From Neophaeotheca triangularis (lineage: Eukaryota), in the NCBI GenBank assembly GCA_054600435.1, contig BAAIJX010000001.1, forward strand, positions 1,054,001-1,118,000: DNA of 64,000 nt, read 5' to 3'. The first letter of the stretch is position 1. Each line of letters starts with the position of its first letter. Below the pieces are notes generated by a model. That model did not search any database. It had not been told where the DNA came from and worked only from the letters and a program-made list of their open reading frames with translations. The translations under genes and the position numbers were made by a program. This document shows positions 60,701 through 64,000 of this stretch, in pieces.

Positions 60701-62569
60701 AGTCGTTTCGTTGCGCGCCTGATCTGTGGAGTTTGAGGGAAGACCAGTTCTCCGGTGCTGCGGTTCGAGGGAACAGGTCTGGGAAAAGCTCCAATTGCAC
60801 GACTTCGGCCATCAGCCATCATTACTCGCCCTATGGTAGTGGTAGCGGAGGCTCGATGCTGCTTTGGTGCCGACGGGCTGTTGAAAGAAGTCGATAGCTA
60901 TTGCAAACAATCAAACCAAAATTCAAGGCCAGAAGAAATACAAGTCTACGGTGCTAGGGTCTTTCTGAGGGATCCCGTTCGAAGAGCGAGAGAATTGGAT
61001 GTCTTCTTATACGATATTGGGCGTTCCAAACTCCCACATGAATTCATGTTCGAAGATACTACCAATCACCGTGGACCAATAGTCATTCCTTATGCGCCCT
61101 CTAAATCACATCTCCCACGACCTCTGCGTTTCCCATCGCTAATTTTTTGTTTCCCTTGACGCCCAACACTTCGCGCCAACACTAAGGACACGACTTTACG
61201 TATCCCACCGTCCACTGCATGCATCCTCTACGTTCACGCCCAAAGACACAGCCTCCCTCCACCCATCTCTGCTACTGGAACGAAACTTTTCGAGGAAACA
61301 TGGTAGTCACGAGGGATTGCTACGACGACTTCTATAGAGTGCTCGCTCTGATCTGGCGCATGACGTAAAGATGGTCACAACCTCCCGGCGGTCTTTGTAT
61401 AGCTGGGAACAGGAGCATCAACATGTTTGGGGAAATGGGAAGTGTGAGGAGAGCGACGTGGACCCAGGGATCACGCACGTACGGGTGTGTTGTTCCTCAA
61501 CCTCTCTCAATTCACGTTTGTTGATGTACTTGGAAAAGGTTGCTTGGACAACAAACATAATCATGCTGGAGGTTTTGTGTCTGGATAGATGCAGTCCGGT
61601 CTTTTATAAAGTGGGCGCTGGCTTTCGGTTTGTGTTTGTGGCCTAGTTTGATATCGTGGCTGGACTGAACAGGACATTTGCAGAATGCCTGCGTGATGGT
61701 TTTCGCACCAGGCGATGTATCTATTAGGTAGGTGCTTAAGCCTGATGGGCTTCCATCCCCAGGCACCTGTAATATGTGATGTTCATGTTATTAATGTTCA
61801 TGTCGAGGCTGTGATGCTTGGCAGAATGCCAGCTGGCACTGCTTGTGCAGGAACGGATGGTCGGAGGGCCGTGGGAGGCATGCTGATGCCAGGTGCAGTC
61901 GCGTTCAAGATACTTAAGGTTGAGATGCGATATTCATGACATGTCAAAGACGTGCGGGCGGCAGCAAAGATGGAATAAATCGCGTCAATAATGACCATAG
62001 CAACATAAGAATAATCCCTGATGTGGTCTGAAAGTAGGCAAGGTAGTCTGAAAGTATAGGTAGGTAGTAGGGACATGGAAGTTTTTCTGACGCGAAGTTG
62101 CGACGTTTACAGCGGGTCGCTGACTGGCCAAAGGCGGGAAGGCGGCCGTTGCGGGCGCTAGCGCGTCGTGCAAAATTGCCAAGGCTCTCCTGGTGCGTGG
62201 ATAAGTTAAAAGCAACAACGCCGGCCGCTGGCTTCGGCTCAGCTTCACCTCATCATATCCGCCGCCCTCGACTCCAGGCTGCCTGCAACTGTCCCCCTCG
62301 ACGCTCATTGGCCGGCTGGCTAGCTAAGGTCACGTGCATTCACTCATACTACTACTGCTACTACTACTACTACACGCATGACAACGGCAAACCACCCTCT
62401 CTCTCTAACCTGACTGAAAATACAGCACCATGAGTGAATGAATGTATGCCTTGCACGTCATGACGTCTGGTTGATTTCTCTTCCTCCATATTTTGCTGCA
62501 TCTTCACCCGGCGTCTCACTTATCACGGCGTTCACAGTGCTCTAGGCAGAGCTATAATAGTCCTTCAAC

Positions 62570-64000
62570 ATGGCCGCTTCAAGGTTGGTACTATCTCTCT
62601 TGCAAGCGATGACTGCCTATCGACAATACGTACAATTTACTGAGCCCAAGCAGACTTGACCGCCTTGTTACATTACTGGAGACTGGCAGTACCCAACTCA
62701 TTCGAAACACTGCCGCACAACAACTATCCGATGTTCAGAAAAATCACCCTGACGAGCTCTTTAACCTACTAACCCGCGTTGTGCCGTACTTGCGATCGCC
62801 GTCGTGGGATACCAGAACTGCTGCCGCCAAAGCCATCGGTGGTATCGTGGAGCATGCCGAGAAATTCGACCCCAACGCCACACTCGATGACGACCCTAAA
62901 CCAGAGTCCGACGATGCCAACGGCGGCGGCGTGGCCGTCAAGAGCGAAGACCACCTTACGCCAACGGGGGCGCCGGAGCAGCTTCAACTTGCCACTTTGG
63001 ACGTTGAAGCAATCTTAACCAACGGCAAGGAGCTTTTGGGTAGCGCTGGAAAACAGTATGATTTCCGCCTTGCTGGCCTCAATCCATCGGAACGACTTGC
63101 GCATCAAAAGAAGAGTCTTACTGCTCGTCTCGGACTTGGAGGCGAATATATGGAAGACGACCTTGTAAACGAAAAGGATATCGCGATTCGGCCAGGCTCG
63201 TTCTCGCAATCAAACAAGCTACCGGAACTCAAAACGGAAGTATCACACCCTCAATCCGGAAGCGATGACGCTTTGGTCAAGTCACCTGAGGAGCAGGCAC
63301 CACAGACTCCCTCCACCGAGATGAGCAAACGCCAGCTCAACATGCTCAAGCGCCGCCGGAAGGAAGAGCTCAAGCGCGACAACAAAAAATTCAAATACGA
63401 TTTTGCCGGCCCCCGGAAAGAGAGTACACAGGTCTCGCAGACCCCGATTGGAAGCGATGACAAGCAGGAAATCAAACCAGATCCTGATGCGAACGGCAAT
63501 GGTGATTACCTCAGTCTTGATCGCAAGGGACCTGACGATGACTCGAAAGTCGTCTCTGAGTTCAAGGGCATGCCTGTGCAGGAGAAGTCGACGCTCGTCG
63601 CTGACGAAGAGGAGTCCGGTAACGAGTGGCCGTTTGACCGACTGTGCGAGTTTTTGACCGTGGACCTTTTCGACCCGCAATGGGAGATTCGGCATGGCGC
63701 TGCCATGGGGTTACGAGAGATTGTGCGTTCTCATGGTGCCGGCGCTGGTCGGCAAGTCGACAAGACTCGCGAGGAGAATGACAAACTCAACTGCGCCTGG
63801 CTGGAAGATCTGGCTTGCAGGATATGTTGCGTCTTCATGCTCGATCGATTCGCTGACTACGTTTCCGATAATGCCGTGGCGCCGATCAGAGAGACGGCTG
63901 GACAGGTCCTGGGATCGGTGTTGCAGTATCTACCCGCGTCGTCGGTTCGCGATATAAATCGCATACTCTACCGCCTGGTGATGCAGCGGGACCTCAAAGT
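62570..64000 (+). CDS. MOT1: TBP-associated SNF2-family ATPase Mot1/BTAF1, 5' part (runs off the window); intron 62584-62653
   Basis: MAASRLDRLVTLLETGSTQLIRNTAAQQL; WDTRTAAAKAIGGIV; DLFDPQWEIRHGAAMGLRE; LDRFADYVSDNAVAPIRETAGQ. Confidence 0.96.

Noticed and set aside
62010..62060. U3 snoRNA-like 5' motif (CTATACTTTCAG...AGGGATTATT on the minus strand)
   Set aside because: Only a superficial match; no boxes C', B, C, D in the right order downstream.

Overview
Genomic DNA of a filamentous ascomycete (Pezizomycotina-type genes, short GT-AG introns, strong RIP). Positions 246-22137 are one RIP-mutated, three-level transposon nest, resolved by eye from terminal repeats and target-site duplications. 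(1) A ~1.2-kb non-autonomous TIR element with 64-bp TIRs and an internal 18-bp minisatellite. (2) Inserted in it, a minus-strand chromodomain Gypsy element (223-bp LTRs, TSD TAGTC) carrying an antisense, apparently intron-containing ~430-codon gene with a reconstructable Cys6 zinc-cluster-like motif. (3) Inserted in that gene, a 12.9-kb plus-strand Gypsy element (152-bp LTRs, TSD ATTAA) with single-frame gag-pol, an extra ~1150-codon ORF of unknown type in the same frame, and mirror-image arrays of 19-bp repeats near both ends. Positions 22.5-64 kb are ordinary gene-dense DNA: ING/PHD protein, a two-module metallothionein, two GSTs, a Zn2Cys6 transcription factor, a DUF676-like hydrolase, a Trk K+ transporter, a secreted copper amine oxidase, an amidohydrolase, an M14 carboxypeptidase, a PTS2-bearing acyl-CoA synthetase, a BAG protein, RPL16 and the 5' part of MOT1. 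All calls come from reading motifs by eye; no database searches were run, and de-RIPed sequences are inferences.
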